Source: Candidatus Parcubacteria bacterium (GTDB lineage Bacteria > Patescibacteriota > Minisyncoccia > Phycocordibacterales > CAIZLB01). From it: a stretch of DNA of 48,264 nt. Below, piece by piece: positions 28,926 through 37,569 of this stretch (position 1 is its first letter; every line of letters starts with the position of its first letter). The position numbers were made by a program, and so were the translations under genes. The DNA lies in NCBI GenBank assembly GCA_039795875.1, contig JBDKKY010000003.1, forward strand, positions 1-48,264, given 5' to 3'. Below the pieces are notes generated by a model. The model did not search any database and was not told the origin of the DNA. It was given only the letters and a program-made list of their open reading frames with translations.

Positions 28926-29408
28926 TTAATAGGTTTCTTGAGTATTCATTACATTAAACCCTTCAATAATCTTAATTCTCTTATACACTACTGGAGCTGT
29001 GCTGTCGGTAGTGTTTTCCGTTTCAAAGATGTGATATTCCACCACGTCTTCATTTTTTATTTCTATCACATAGAAAATGTACCGAGTGCCAAGCCAAGTA
29101 CCTGTTACAGCATCACTTGCTTCTAGCGGGATCCGATAGATATCTTTATAGTATTCACTTTTTGGAATATGAGAGAAACTTGTGCCGATAAATGAGTAGA
29201 TCAGATATGGCTGATTCCGGGCAATCAATTTGATCTGAGATTGAACATTGTCGAGGTCATCTTTGGTCGAGTTTTTGTCGATTTCAAAATATACAGGTCC
29301 TTGCAATTTTTTGATACTGAAGTCTTCAGTATTGATTTCTCCCGTTTTGAGAAGGTATAAAAAGAATCCAAGTCCGACTATTAACATAAGAAAAATGAAC
29401 TTTTGCAT
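28926..29408 (-). CDS. Hypothetical protein with N-terminal TM/signal anchor
   Basis: ORF track. TATACT 6 nt before ATG 29408. Confidence 0.7.
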   Translation of the reverse strand: MQKFIFLMLIVGLGFFLYLLKTGEINTEDFSIKKLQGPVYFEIDKNSTKDDLDNVQSQIKLIARNQPYLIYSFIGTSFSHIPKSEYYKDIYRIPLEASDAVTGTWLGTRYIFYVIEIKNEDVVEYHIFETENTTDSTAPVVYKRIKIIEGFNVMNTQETY

Positions 29409-29442
29409 AATGTAAGTATATAACAAATTAAATTCGGATGTA

Positions 29443-29469
29443 ATCTGCTTGCACTACGTTCTGGCGAGA
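29443..29469 (-). repeat. 27-bp dispersed repeat copy 1
   Basis: TCTCGCCAGAACGTAGTGCAAGCAGAT, 21/27 identical to 47526-47552. Confidence 0.6.
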
Positions 29470-29495
29470 CATTGTGACCCTTGAGGTTATGCAAT

Positions 29496-29530
29496 AAAAA
29501 AAAGAGCGTCGACGGTGAGGTCGAGCGCTC
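29496..29530 (-). terminator. Intrinsic terminator
   Basis: Minus strand GAGCG(c)TCGAC-ctcacc-GTCGACGCTC-TTTTTTTT. Confidence 0.8.
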
Positions 29531-29586
29531 TGTGATACAACTTAATTTTTGCGCAGGTATGTTGTAAACCGGCGGTAGGAGAGTGC

Positions 29587-30147
29587 CTATTTTGCTCCGC
29601 GCATCAGCATGTGTTCCAGTGCCTCATCGTTGGTCGGGGGAAGGTTTTCTACCCTCAGGATGAAGATGTCTGGGTCTTCGGTCCTTTTGATCATAAACAT
29701 CGGACTACCTCCTTCGGTAGCTCTGCCTTGATACAGGCCGAGGATCGCGTAACGCTCGTCGCCCAGGAAGGTCATGATCGCGTGGCGGACTTTCGGGCCG
29801 TCCCGTAGATCTGCCTCTGCGATGCGACCCATAGCTGCCTGAATGGCTGGGTGCTGTACCTCTTCGGGCTGATGAGGGACGGCTCCGTACACATAGTAGG
29901 AGTCATCTTTCTCGTCATAACGAAGGGTTACATCCTCGAGAAAGAGATAGGGCCGTTGCATAGCCCCGGACTCTTTCCGCTCCGTTGCCGAAGCAAAGAT
30001 GTTGAGTGCCGTTGCCCAGTCTGCCTCGTCGAACGTTTGTTGTCCGAAGAGTTGGATCTGGTGAAAGTCGGGACCGACGATGCGGTTTGGGAGTGATCTA
30101 ACGGTGTTTGGGAATGTTTTGGTTACGTGCAGCTTGGCTATCTGCAT
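29587..30147 (-). CDS. Hypothetical protein (orphan cassette; start uncertain)
   Basis: 186-aa GC-rich ORF with consensus promoter and terminator. Confidence 0.65.
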   Translation of the reverse strand: MQIAKLHVTKTFPNTVRSLPNRIVGPDFHQIQLFGQQTFDEADWATALNIFASATERKESGAMQRPYLFLEDVTLRYDEKDDSYYVYGAVPHQPEEVQHPAIQAAMGRIAEADLRDGPKVRHAIMTFLGDERYAILGLYQGRATEGGSPMFMIKRTEDPDIFILRVENLPPTNDEALEHMLMRGAK

Positions 30148-30218
30148 CTTTCAAGACTCATTAAGTGCTGAAAGATACAGATAGGGAACTGCGTAACCTG
30201 TAAAAGTACTATGAATAC

Positions 30219-30247
30219 ATTATATCATAGTTACTACCCGTTGTCAA
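30219..30247 (-). promoter_or_regulatory. Perfect consensus sigma70 promoter
   Basis: TTGACA-17 nt-TATAAT with extended TG. Confidence 0.85.
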
Positions 30248-30290
30248 GCTAAAAACCCTTATAAAATAAGGCTCTATCCAAATATAGACG

Positions 30291-30326
30291 TGCAAAACAC
30301 CTACGCAGCAGCGCAGGTGTTTTGCA
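30291..30326 (-). terminator. Hairpin at 3' end of rnpB
   Basis: TGCAAAACACCT...AGGTGTTTTGCA 12-bp inverted repeat. Confidence 0.65.
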
Positions 30327-30328
30327 GT

Positions 30329-30706
30329 ACCTCTCCATACGATAAGCCGAATTCTGTACATTTCTTGCGAAATGCGACAATCATTAGTCTGGGATGAACG
30401 TCGCCGTTCACCTCAAGCGATTCACTTGCATGTCCCGAGGGACTACAAGTACGATCTTGCACTCATGTAAGGGTTTAGCCGTTTCACTCTAGATATTTAG
30501 TGGCATTGCATATCTAGATTACTCTCATAGCAGAGTGGTTTGAGCTTTCGCTCGCACCCGTCACTGTTCGCACCTCCTTGTCGCCAAGGGTAGGGGTTAC
30601 CTACTACAATTCTCCGCTTACGCGGGAGTGTTCGGACTTTCCTCTGCGCATATGATATCCTGATATAATCAGTTCATATATGCAGCGATTGTCTGTATAC
30701 AGAGGT
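30329..30706 (-). ncRNA. rnpB: Ribonuclease P RNA
   Basis: Minus strand carries GAGGAAAGTCC (30644-30634), GTGAAACGG and ACAGAATTCGGCTTA. P1 pairing ACCTCTGTATAC/GTATGGAGAGGT. Promoter TTGACA-17-TATAAG (30741-30713). Confidence 0.95.
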
Positions 30707-30741
30707 GCTATACTTATATAATTTCTTAACATAAATGTCAA

Positions 30742-32082
30742 ATGCGTGACTTTTTACATCGAAAATCAAAATCCATTTCCCAGGCCGCTCTGGTGTTAGC
30801 GGCTTTTACCTTTGGGGCACAACTTTTGTCTTTGGTCCGAGATAGATTATTTGCCAGTCATGTCGGGGCTGGCATAGAGCTCGATACATATTATTATGCC
30901 TTTAAGATCCCGGATATCCTGTATGCTATTTTTTCAGCTTTGGTTTCGCTGACGGTTTTGATTCCTCTCTTAAGTAAACATAAAGAAGGTGAGACAGATG
31001 CGATGAAGCATACATACAGTGTTTTATTTACGGTTTTTTGTGCTGGTTCGTCGCTGCTTATTTTGATTGTATTTATATTGATGCCACATTTGGTTCATTA
31101 TATTGCACCTGGGGTGGTTGATGTTGGTACTGTTGGCGATATTATCCTTTACTCACGTATTTTATTATTACAACCATTCTTCCTCGGTCTTTCTAACCTA
31201 CTCGGTTCATATACGCAGATGAAAGAGCGTTTTTTGTTGTATGCTTGTTCACCATTTATCTATAACTTGGCTACTGTACTCGGACTTATTGTTTTGTATC
31301 CCAAGTTTGGTATGGCTGGGGTGGTTAGCGCGGTGGTAATTGGTAGTATTTTGCACGGTCTGATTCAGTTGCCATATATACGAAATGAAAATTTTATACC
31401 GCGATTTAAAAAGATTACTCGCACAGAGTGGAGATTGATCAAAGAAGTTATTACTCAGTCGATACCACGAGCCCTCATTCTTTCTTTGGTTCAGATTGAA
31501 TTTTTATTCTTGAACAGTATTGCGTCACTCATGCCGCAAGGCAATACTTCTATGTTGAACTTGGCCAATAACTTACAGTCTGTGCCTCTGAGCCTGATCG
31601 GCGTAAGTTTGGTGGTTGCTTCATTTCCATCATTGAGTAGGAGTTATGCCACAGGCGAAAAGGCTGAGTTTCGAAAGATTTTTACAAAAACATTCAAAAC
31701 TATTCTATTGTGGTGTACTTTGGCAACCCTAGTCTTGTTTGCTTTAAAGAAATGGGTCATCTACATTTTGTTGGGTGCACATTCATTTAGCCCGGAATCC
31801 ACAACCATTATCGTGACTACATTCGGTATTTTTATATTGGGCCTGATTCCACAATGTATAGAAATGCTTATTACCCGAACTTATTATGCTGCGGGCAATA
31901 CCAAAAAGCCGGCCGCCCTTAACATATTTGCCGCCGCTTTAACCATTGGTCTGGCCTATGGATTTTATCACAATGGGGGAGGAAGCTCGGTTATTGTCCT
32001 TGCTCTGGCTTTCACTATCGGGGCCTGGATCTCTTGTGCCTTATTTTATGTTTCTATCAGGAGAAATTTGTTAAAACTTTAA
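30742..32082 (+). CDS. murJ: Lipid II flippase MurJ (MviN)
   Basis: LSLVRDRLFA, AFKIPD, ANNLQSVP, FPSLS, RTYYA. Confidence 0.9.
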   Translation: MRDFLHRKSKSISQAALVLAAFTFGAQLLSLVRDRLFASHVGAGIELDTYYYAFKIPDILYAIFSALVSLTVLIPLLSKHKEGETDAMKHTYSVLFTVFCAGSSLLILIVFILMPHLVHYIAPGVVDVGTVGDIILYSRILLLQPFFLGLSNLLGSYTQMKERFLLYACSPFIYNLATVLGLIVLYPKFGMAGVVSAVVIGSILHGLIQLPYIRNENFIPRFKKITRTEWRLIKEVITQSIPRALILSLVQIEFLFLNSIASLMPQGNTSMLNLANNLQSVPLSLIGVSLVVASFPSLSRSYATGEKAEFRKIFTKTFKTILLWCTLATLVLFALKKWVIYILLGAHSFSPESTTIIVTTFGIFILGLIPQCIEMLITRTYYAAGNTKKPAALNIFAAALTIGLAYGFYHNGGGSSVIVLALAFTIGAWISCALFYVSIRRNLLKL

Positions 32083-32409
32083 TTAAACTTTAGCCCCCTC
32101 TTTTTCCTCCAATCTTTCTCGTCGACGAATGATTTTATTTAAGAATCGAATGACAATGAAGATTGTGAAAGCGACGATAAAGAAATTTATCACATTGTTG
32201 ATAAATAAACCGATTTTAATCTGACCGATGGTCCAAGTGCTGAAGTCAAAACTGCCAATCATACCGATCAGGGGAGTGATGACATCTTCAACCAATGAGC
32301 TGACGATCTTGCTAAATGCTGTACCGATGACGACTCCGATCGCCAGGTCCATAACATTGCCCTTAATGGCAAATGTTTTAAATTCATCGAAAAATGTTTT
32401 TATAGTCAT
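32083..32409 (-). CDS. mscL: Large-conductance mechanosensitive channel
   Basis: [38 protein letters not shown]. Confidence 0.96.
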   Translation of the reverse strand: MTIKTFFDEFKTFAIKGNVMDLAIGVVIGTAFSKIVSSLVEDVITPLIGMIGSFDFSTWTIGQIKIGLFINNVINFFIVAFTIFIVIRFLNKIIRRRERLEEKEGAKV

Positions 32410-32504
32410 GGCAAAAATATACCACATGTATACAATTTAAGCCATATTTGTCAATATTTCGCCACTGTAACACAGAGGGTAAAGGGTGTATAGTTAGTCC
32501 ACAA

Positions 32505-33518
32505 ATGGCTTTATTTTCAAAAAAACTCGGAATCGACCTCGGTACGGCCAACACACTAGTATTCATGCCTGGTAAAGGTATTGTTCTAAATGAACCTTCA
32601 GTTGTAGCGGTTTCTGAAGATGACAATCAGATCTTGGCGGTCGGTTTGGATGCCAAAGAGATGATTGGAAAGACCCCTGACTCTATTATCGCCTACAGAC
32701 CAATGAAAGATGGAGTGATTGCTGATTATCGGGTGACAGAAGCGATGTTGCGATATTTTATTCATAAAGCTTTGGGAAAATGGAATCTCATCAGTCCAGA
32801 AGTGATGATCTCTGTACCAGCCGGAGTTACTTCTACTGAAAGACGCGCTGTGATCGAGGCGGCCATGAAAGCAGGTGCCAAAGAGGCTTACGTTGTGAAA
32901 GAGCCTATTCTTGCCGCTATTGGTGCTGGTATTTCTATTCAAGATCCATGTGGAAATATGATTGTCGATATCGGCGGAGGTACAACGGATGTTGCTGTTA
33001 TTTCTCTTGGAGGAATTGTTGTGTGCACGTCAGTTAAGTGCGCTGGCACTCGGCTCGATACAGCCATTGTTGATTACATCAAAAAAACGTACAACTTAGC
33101 GATCGGGGAAAAGACCGCCGAAGATATCAAGATCAAGATTGGATCAGCTGTTCCTGTAGAAGAAGAATTGGCGGTTATAGTAAAAGGAAGAGATTATATT
33201 ACTGGGCTACCGCGGTCGGTTGAATTGCGTACCAATGAGATTGTCAAAGCTATTTCCAAAGAACTTCGTGACATGATCAAAGCTATCAAAGACGTATTGC
33301 AAGAGACTCCGCCTGAACTAGCATCAGATATCATCGATCAAGGTATCACTATGACAGGGGGATCGTCACTGCTTCGAAATCTGCCTGAGTTGGTGCTGCG
33401 CCGAACAGGTGTGAAGGCACATACAGCGGAAGATGCGTTATACTGTGTAGTGAAGGGGACAGGTATTGCTCTAGACCATCTAGACGCCTACAAGAAAGCT
33501 ATTATTACTAAACGCTAA
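32505..33518 (+). CDS. mreB: Rod shape-determining protein MreB
   Basis: GIDLGTANT, PMKDGVIAD, VDIGGGTT, TGGSSLL. Confidence 0.96.
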   Translation: MALFSKKLGIDLGTANTLVFMPGKGIVLNEPSVVAVSEDDNQILAVGLDAKEMIGKTPDSIIAYRPMKDGVIADYRVTEAMLRYFIHKALGKWNLISPEVMISVPAGVTSTERRAVIEAAMKAGAKEAYVVKEPILAAIGAGISIQDPCGNMIVDIGGGTTDVAVISLGGIVVCTSVKCAGTRLDTAIVDYIKKTYNLAIGEKTAEDIKIKIGSAVPVEEELAVIVKGRDYITGLPRSVELRTNEIVKAISKELRDMIKAIKDVLQETPPELASDIIDQGITMTGGSSLLRNLPELVLRRTGVKAHTAEDALYCVVKGTGIALDHLDAYKKAIITKR

Positions 33519-33528
33519 CCCAAAACAT

Positions 33529-34206
33529 ATGATCACATACACTGATACCAATTTCATGGATTTGATTCAACCAGGTGAAGTGTTTTTGATAAATACTGAC
33601 CTGTCGTTCGCAGATCGAGTTGAATCACTGAAGGATCAAGGCTATACAGGCCAAATCGATGTTGTTTCTATAACCAATCAATCTATGGGTATGGAAGATG
33701 TTGACTATGCTATACAACAGATTCAAAAAAAGGCCGAAGGAGGCATAAAGACTGTGTTTGTCGTATTTGATCAAATGAGTTTGCCTGCCCAGAATGCATT
33801 TTTGAAGACCTTGGAAGATGTGACTCTTGATACCTGTATCTTTCTCTATGTCTCTCGTCAAACAACTCTTTTGTCAACAGTACTGTCAAGAGTGGCGGCA
33901 ATTGAATTGGACACCATCGTCGATATTGCGGCTGATGAAAAGTCAAAAGTATTTTTCTCATATACCCAGCTCATGAAAGAGCAGAGTGTGGGCAAGCGAT
34001 TGGAAATGATTAAGCCTATTATAAAAAAATTTGATGATGATGTGATTAGCAAACAAGATATTATTTCATGGATTTCACGATTGTATGCCAGCGCGTCTCA
34101 CAAATCAGAAACCAGAATCGTTTTTTCTGAGTCTATTGTATTGTTGCAACAACCAAGTACGTTGGTGAAGTATGTTTTAGAGTACATGGTGTCTTTTTCT
34201 CACTAA
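33529..34206 (+). CDS. Truncated DNA polymerase III delta-prime-like subunit
   Basis: MSLPAQNAFLKTLED and LLSTVLSR clamp-loader motifs. No P-loop or zinc module. Confidence 0.65.
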   Translation: MITYTDTNFMDLIQPGEVFLINTDLSFADRVESLKDQGYTGQIDVVSITNQSMGMEDVDYAIQQIQKKAEGGIKTVFVVFDQMSLPAQNAFLKTLEDVTLDTCIFLYVSRQTTLLSTVLSRVAAIELDTIVDIAADEKSKVFFSYTQLMKEQSVGKRLEMIKPIIKKFDDDVISKQDIISWISRLYASASHKSETRIVFSESIVLLQQPSTLVKYVLEYMVSFSH

Positions 34207-34212
34207 AATTAA

Positions 34213-34229
34213 ATCCGCCTTTGGCGAGA
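34213..34229 (-). repeat. Short variant of dispersed repeat
   Basis: TCTCGCCAAAGGCGGAT shares both ends with the 27-bp repeat. Confidence 0.45.
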
Positions 34230-34234
34230 CTAAG

Positions 34235-34270
34235 AAAAAAACCCGGCCATACTTTCGTACGGACGCGGGT
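34235..34270 (-). terminator. Imperfect intrinsic terminator
   Basis: CCCG...CGGG hairpin with T7 tract on the minus strand. Confidence 0.55.
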
Positions 34271-34300
34271 CGAGTGAGAAGAGACGGAAGATGTGTTGGT

Positions 34301-34693
34301 CTACTCCGGACACTCCTCGGTGAGCTGAGCAATAATTTGTTCGGCGACCAGATGCTCATCACCAGGTGTGATCCGGATAATGCGAGCGGTCTTCCGAGGG
34401 CCCACAACTCCTTCTCCAGGCGGTTCATCCCATAAGCTCACTTCCAGATGATGAATCTTGACGGTGTCGGTCTCATCTTGCTGGTGTCTGCCTACTAACA
34501 GGTGTACGCTCCAGGTGAGTATTGGTGAAGGAATCTCAGCGAGGTGTACCAGAAATGAGTGTACCCTCAAGTGGATCGCGTGCTGTTGCATGGCGAGAGT
34601 ACCAAACTCCATTGCTGATGGCTCGCGGAATTTGAATGTGTTGGCAAACCCGGGTGCGGCTTCGGTGATGTAATTGATAAGAACTGTGGTCAT
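34301..34693 (-). CDS. Hypothetical protein (orphan cassette)
   Basis: 130-aa GC-rich ORF. Promoter TTGACT-17-TATAAT at 34764-34736. Confidence 0.65.
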   Translation of the reverse strand: MTTVLINYITEAAPGFANTFKFREPSAMEFGTLAMQQHAIHLRVHSFLVHLAEIPSPILTWSVHLLVGRHQQDETDTVKIHHLEVSLWDEPPGEGVVGPRKTARIIRITPGDEHLVAEQIIAQLTEECPE

Positions 34694-34863
34694 TGGTTAG
34701 AGGGAAGATGTTGAAGGTTCAGGACGTATAAGCATATTATATCATATATAGAAGATACAGTCAAAGCAGTCATTTTACCCTCTGTATTCTTTTTTGTTAA
34801 ATTGTCCACAACATGCTTTAGCCTCGTGTAGTATCTTATACATGTGGGGTATATAATATTTAT

Positions 34864-35601
34864 ATGAAAAAGATATTTACAATTTTGGTTTTGTCGGCGG
34901 TCATAGTAATCATAATTGTTTGGAATGTACGTGCGTCTATTGAAAATAAGGATAATGCCGCCCAAACCCTTAGAGTTGTGGGTGATAAGACTCTCACTGG
35001 TAAAGGAACGGCGATTTCGGGATTTCCGGATGATAAACCTATTCTGGATGCAATGGATACAGCTAATAATTCAGTACCTGAAAAACCATATTCTCAAAAA
35101 ATCTGTGGCGATAGTCGGGCATGTAACTATAATCCAGCAGGCCCCTCAATCGGCCAGTACTCTTGTATGTATGCAGTCTATGATATGGCTTTTGGCTCTC
35201 GAAATGCTCGAACATGTCAACCTTCAAAGACTAACGCCGAGTTAGAGGTAATCCCTGACTTTGCACCAAACAGTAACTATGGTTACCCAGCCAATGGACG
35301 AACATGTAGTCTGAGTCCAGACTCATTGAATATCCATGTGCATAAATGGTCTTATGACAGCGAGGGAAATCTTGCTTCGAATACTAATTATTTTCTAGGA
35401 AGTTACTCAGGTCATTGGTCACATACTCCTGCAGAGAATAAAAAGATTTTGACCCAAGACGCTAAAGATTGGCAAGGTAAGAGTGCTTGTAAACAGATGG
35501 CAGAGTTTGAGAAGGCACAAAATACAACTCAACAGACCAAGCCTGCAACCCAGGCACCAAAGTATTTGATCAAGAACCCTTTGAATGGTATGGGCAAGTA
35601 A
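34864..35601 (+). CDS. Hypothetical secreted/anchored Cys-containing protein
   Basis: N-terminal signal anchor and CGDSRACNYNP...SCMY motif. Leaderless TATAAT-6-ATG. Confidence 0.75.
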   Translation: MKKIFTILVLSAVIVIIIVWNVRASIENKDNAAQTLRVVGDKTLTGKGTAISGFPDDKPILDAMDTANNSVPEKPYSQKICGDSRACNYNPAGPSIGQYSCMYAVYDMAFGSRNARTCQPSKTNAELEVIPDFAPNSNYGYPANGRTCSLSPDSLNIHVHKWSYDSEGNLASNTNYFLGSYSGHWSHTPAENKKILTQDAKDWQGKSACKQMAEFEKAQNTTQQTKPATQAPKYLIKNPLNGMGK

Positions 35602-35621
35602 GGCAAATAATGTAGAGCCAT

Positions 35622-35660
35622 AAAAAAGAATTGGTGAACGCAAGTTCACTATTCTTTTTT
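35622..35660. terminator. Bidirectional intrinsic terminator
   Basis: AAAAAAGAAT-tg-GTGAAC-GCAA-GTTCAC-t-ATTCTTTTTT. Confidence 0.8.
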
Positions 35661-35694
35661 GTTATGGTGTTGTGTGTTGCGCTATCCACACACA

Positions 35695-35765
35695 AAAGTG
35701 GGATGAATGTGTTTCTAAATGTATCAGAGTGGTATAAAATGTTAACAAGTGGGAGAAAGTGGTAA
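35695..35765 (+). promoter_or_regulatory. MraZ-binding direct repeats over the mraZ promoter
   Basis: GTGG at 35698, 35729, 35749, 35759 with ATGT variants at 35707, 35719, 35739 (~10-nt period). MraZ is known to bind GTGG(G) repeats. Confidence 0.75.
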
Positions 35766-35779
35766 ATTATCAAAAACAT

Positions 35780-36238
35780 ATGTTTATAGGAGAATTCACA
35801 CACACCATAGACGAAAAGAAACGATTATCGCTTCCATCACGATTCCGAAAGGAGTTGGGAAAAAAAGTGATAGTAACATACGGATTCGACAACTGTTTGT
35901 TTATGTTTACTTTGTCTGAGTGGAAGAAAAAAGCCGCAGCGTTTGGAGACCTATCATTAGGTAATCCAGATTCACGAGCCTTCAATAGATTTATGTTTGG
36001 CGGTGCCGTTGAGGTTGATGTGGACAGTGCTGGACGTATTCTCATTCCAGATTTTCTTCGAGAATATACCAGTGCTCCAAATCAATCGGACAAAAAAAGT
36101 CCACAAAAATTAGTTTTCGCCGGGATACATACCCGAATCGAAATCTGGGAAGAAACAAGGTGGAAGGAATATAAGACACAAGTTATGAAGCAAGTGGATA
36201 CACTTGCGGCAAAACTAGGAGAAGCTGGAGCAATATAG
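35780..36238 (+). CDS. mraZ: Transcriptional regulator MraZ
   Basis: MFIGEFTHTIDEKKRLSLP, DSAGRILIP, RIEIW. Confidence 0.96.
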   Translation: MFIGEFTHTIDEKKRLSLPSRFRKELGKKVIVTYGFDNCLFMFTLSEWKKKAAAFGDLSLGNPDSRAFNRFMFGGAVEVDVDSAGRILIPDFLREYTSAPNQSDKKSPQKLVFAGIHTRIEIWEETRWKEYKTQVMKQVDTLAAKLGEAGAI

Positions 36239-36259
36239 GATCCCACTACAATCAACCGT

Positions 36260-37240
36260 ATGTCTGACACAACACATCTAGATACAAACACATATCCGAG
36301 ACACATCCCCGTACTTTTACAAGAAACATATCAGTATTTGGTAACCGACAATGCCAAAGCGCATCAAGGACAGCCGAAAACGTTTAACCATCTAGACTGT
36401 AACTTCGGTGATGCTGGTCACGTCGAGTACTTCGCAGAAACTGCCTCAAAAGCAGGAATACAGATGCAGATTCATGCTATTGATGCTGATCAAAATGCAA
36501 TTGACCGCGGTCAAGCATTTTTAAAGGCTAATACAGCTATAAAAGATGTGCCCATCACGGTTCATAAAGGCAACTTTAAAGACTTAGATGCTTTATTACC
36601 AGAAGGAATGCTCTTCGACAGTATATTGTTTGATCTTGGTTTAAGCACATATCAACTTGGTCCATCAATGAGAGGGTTTTCCTTCAAATTTAATGAGACA
36701 TTGGATATGAGATTCGAATCAGACTCATTGAATAGTGATAATCCGGAAGAGTTTACCGCTGAAGATATCGTCAATCACTGGTCAGCCGACAATATGGCTT
36801 TGATTCTACGAAACTACGCTGATGAGTCACGAGCTTGGAAAATAGTTCAGGCCATCATCGCGGAACGGGAGGCCGGTCCTATTAAAACCTCAAAGCAATT
36901 GGCTGATCTGATTGTCCGAACACTTGGGGAAAATAAAAAAACAGGAATTCACCCAGCGACTAAGACATTTCAAGCGTTACGTATCGCGGTCAACAATGAA
37001 ATCCAAATATTGAAAGATGTTCTGGCCCAAGTCCTGCCTCGACTAACTTCAGGCGGACGGGTGGCGGTGATCAGCTATCACAGTCTCGAAGACACAGTCA
37101 CCAAACAACAGTTTCGAGAATGGGAAACGGCAGAGCGGGGTAAAAGGATTAATAAAAAGATTATTATCCCTACTCGAGACGAACAAAAAGCCAATCCGAG
37201 ATCGCGGAGCGGCAAGCTACGAATTTTTCAAAAACAATAA
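36260..37240 (+). CDS. rsmH: 16S rRNA m4C1402 methyltransferase
   Basis: HIPVLL, FDLGLS, RGFSF, LDMR, HPATKTFQALRIAVN, ISYHSLED, NPRSRSGKLR. Confidence 0.95.
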   Translation: MSDTTHLDTNTYPRHIPVLLQETYQYLVTDNAKAHQGQPKTFNHLDCNFGDAGHVEYFAETASKAGIQMQIHAIDADQNAIDRGQAFLKANTAIKDVPITVHKGNFKDLDALLPEGMLFDSILFDLGLSTYQLGPSMRGFSFKFNETLDMRFESDSLNSDNPEEFTAEDIVNHWSADNMALILRNYADESRAWKIVQAIIAEREAGPIKTSKQLADLIVRTLGENKKTGIHPATKTFQALRIAVNNEIQILKDVLAQVLPRLTSGGRVAVISYHSLEDTVTKQQFREWETAERGKRINKKIIIPTRDEQKANPRSRSGKLRIFQKQ

Positions 37241-37244
37241 TTAT

Positions 37245-37547
37245 ATGAAATTCAGAAAAAACACAATTCAATTAATCTCAAAAACCATGCTGGCCTTTGT
37301 TGTGCTTGGTATTGGAGCATATATCATTTGTGTTTATAACACTGTTTTGACAGTATCTAAGGCTGAAACCGTGAAATCTGAATTTCAAAAACTGCAGGTT
37401 TCGGTCAGTGAAAAAGAGCATGAGTATATTCAATCTGTCTCAAGCATCAATGTGGCTTATGCCGAAGGTCTGGGATATGTTCGAGTCGCTCAAGACAAAT
37501 TGGCCTATGTCGATCTAAGCAAAGACACATCATTGGCGGTCCGATAA
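37245..37547 (+). CDS. FtsL-like bitopic coiled-coil protein
   Basis: TM + coiled coil + AEGLGY. Lies between rsmH and the PBP gene. Confidence 0.6.
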   Translation: MKFRKNTIQLISKTMLAFVVLGIGAYIICVYNTVLTVSKAETVKSEFQKLQVSVSEKEHEYIQSVSSINVAYAEGLGYVRVAQDKLAYVDLSKDTSLAVR

Positions 37548-37569
37548 TATGTTATAGTTGCTATAGTTT

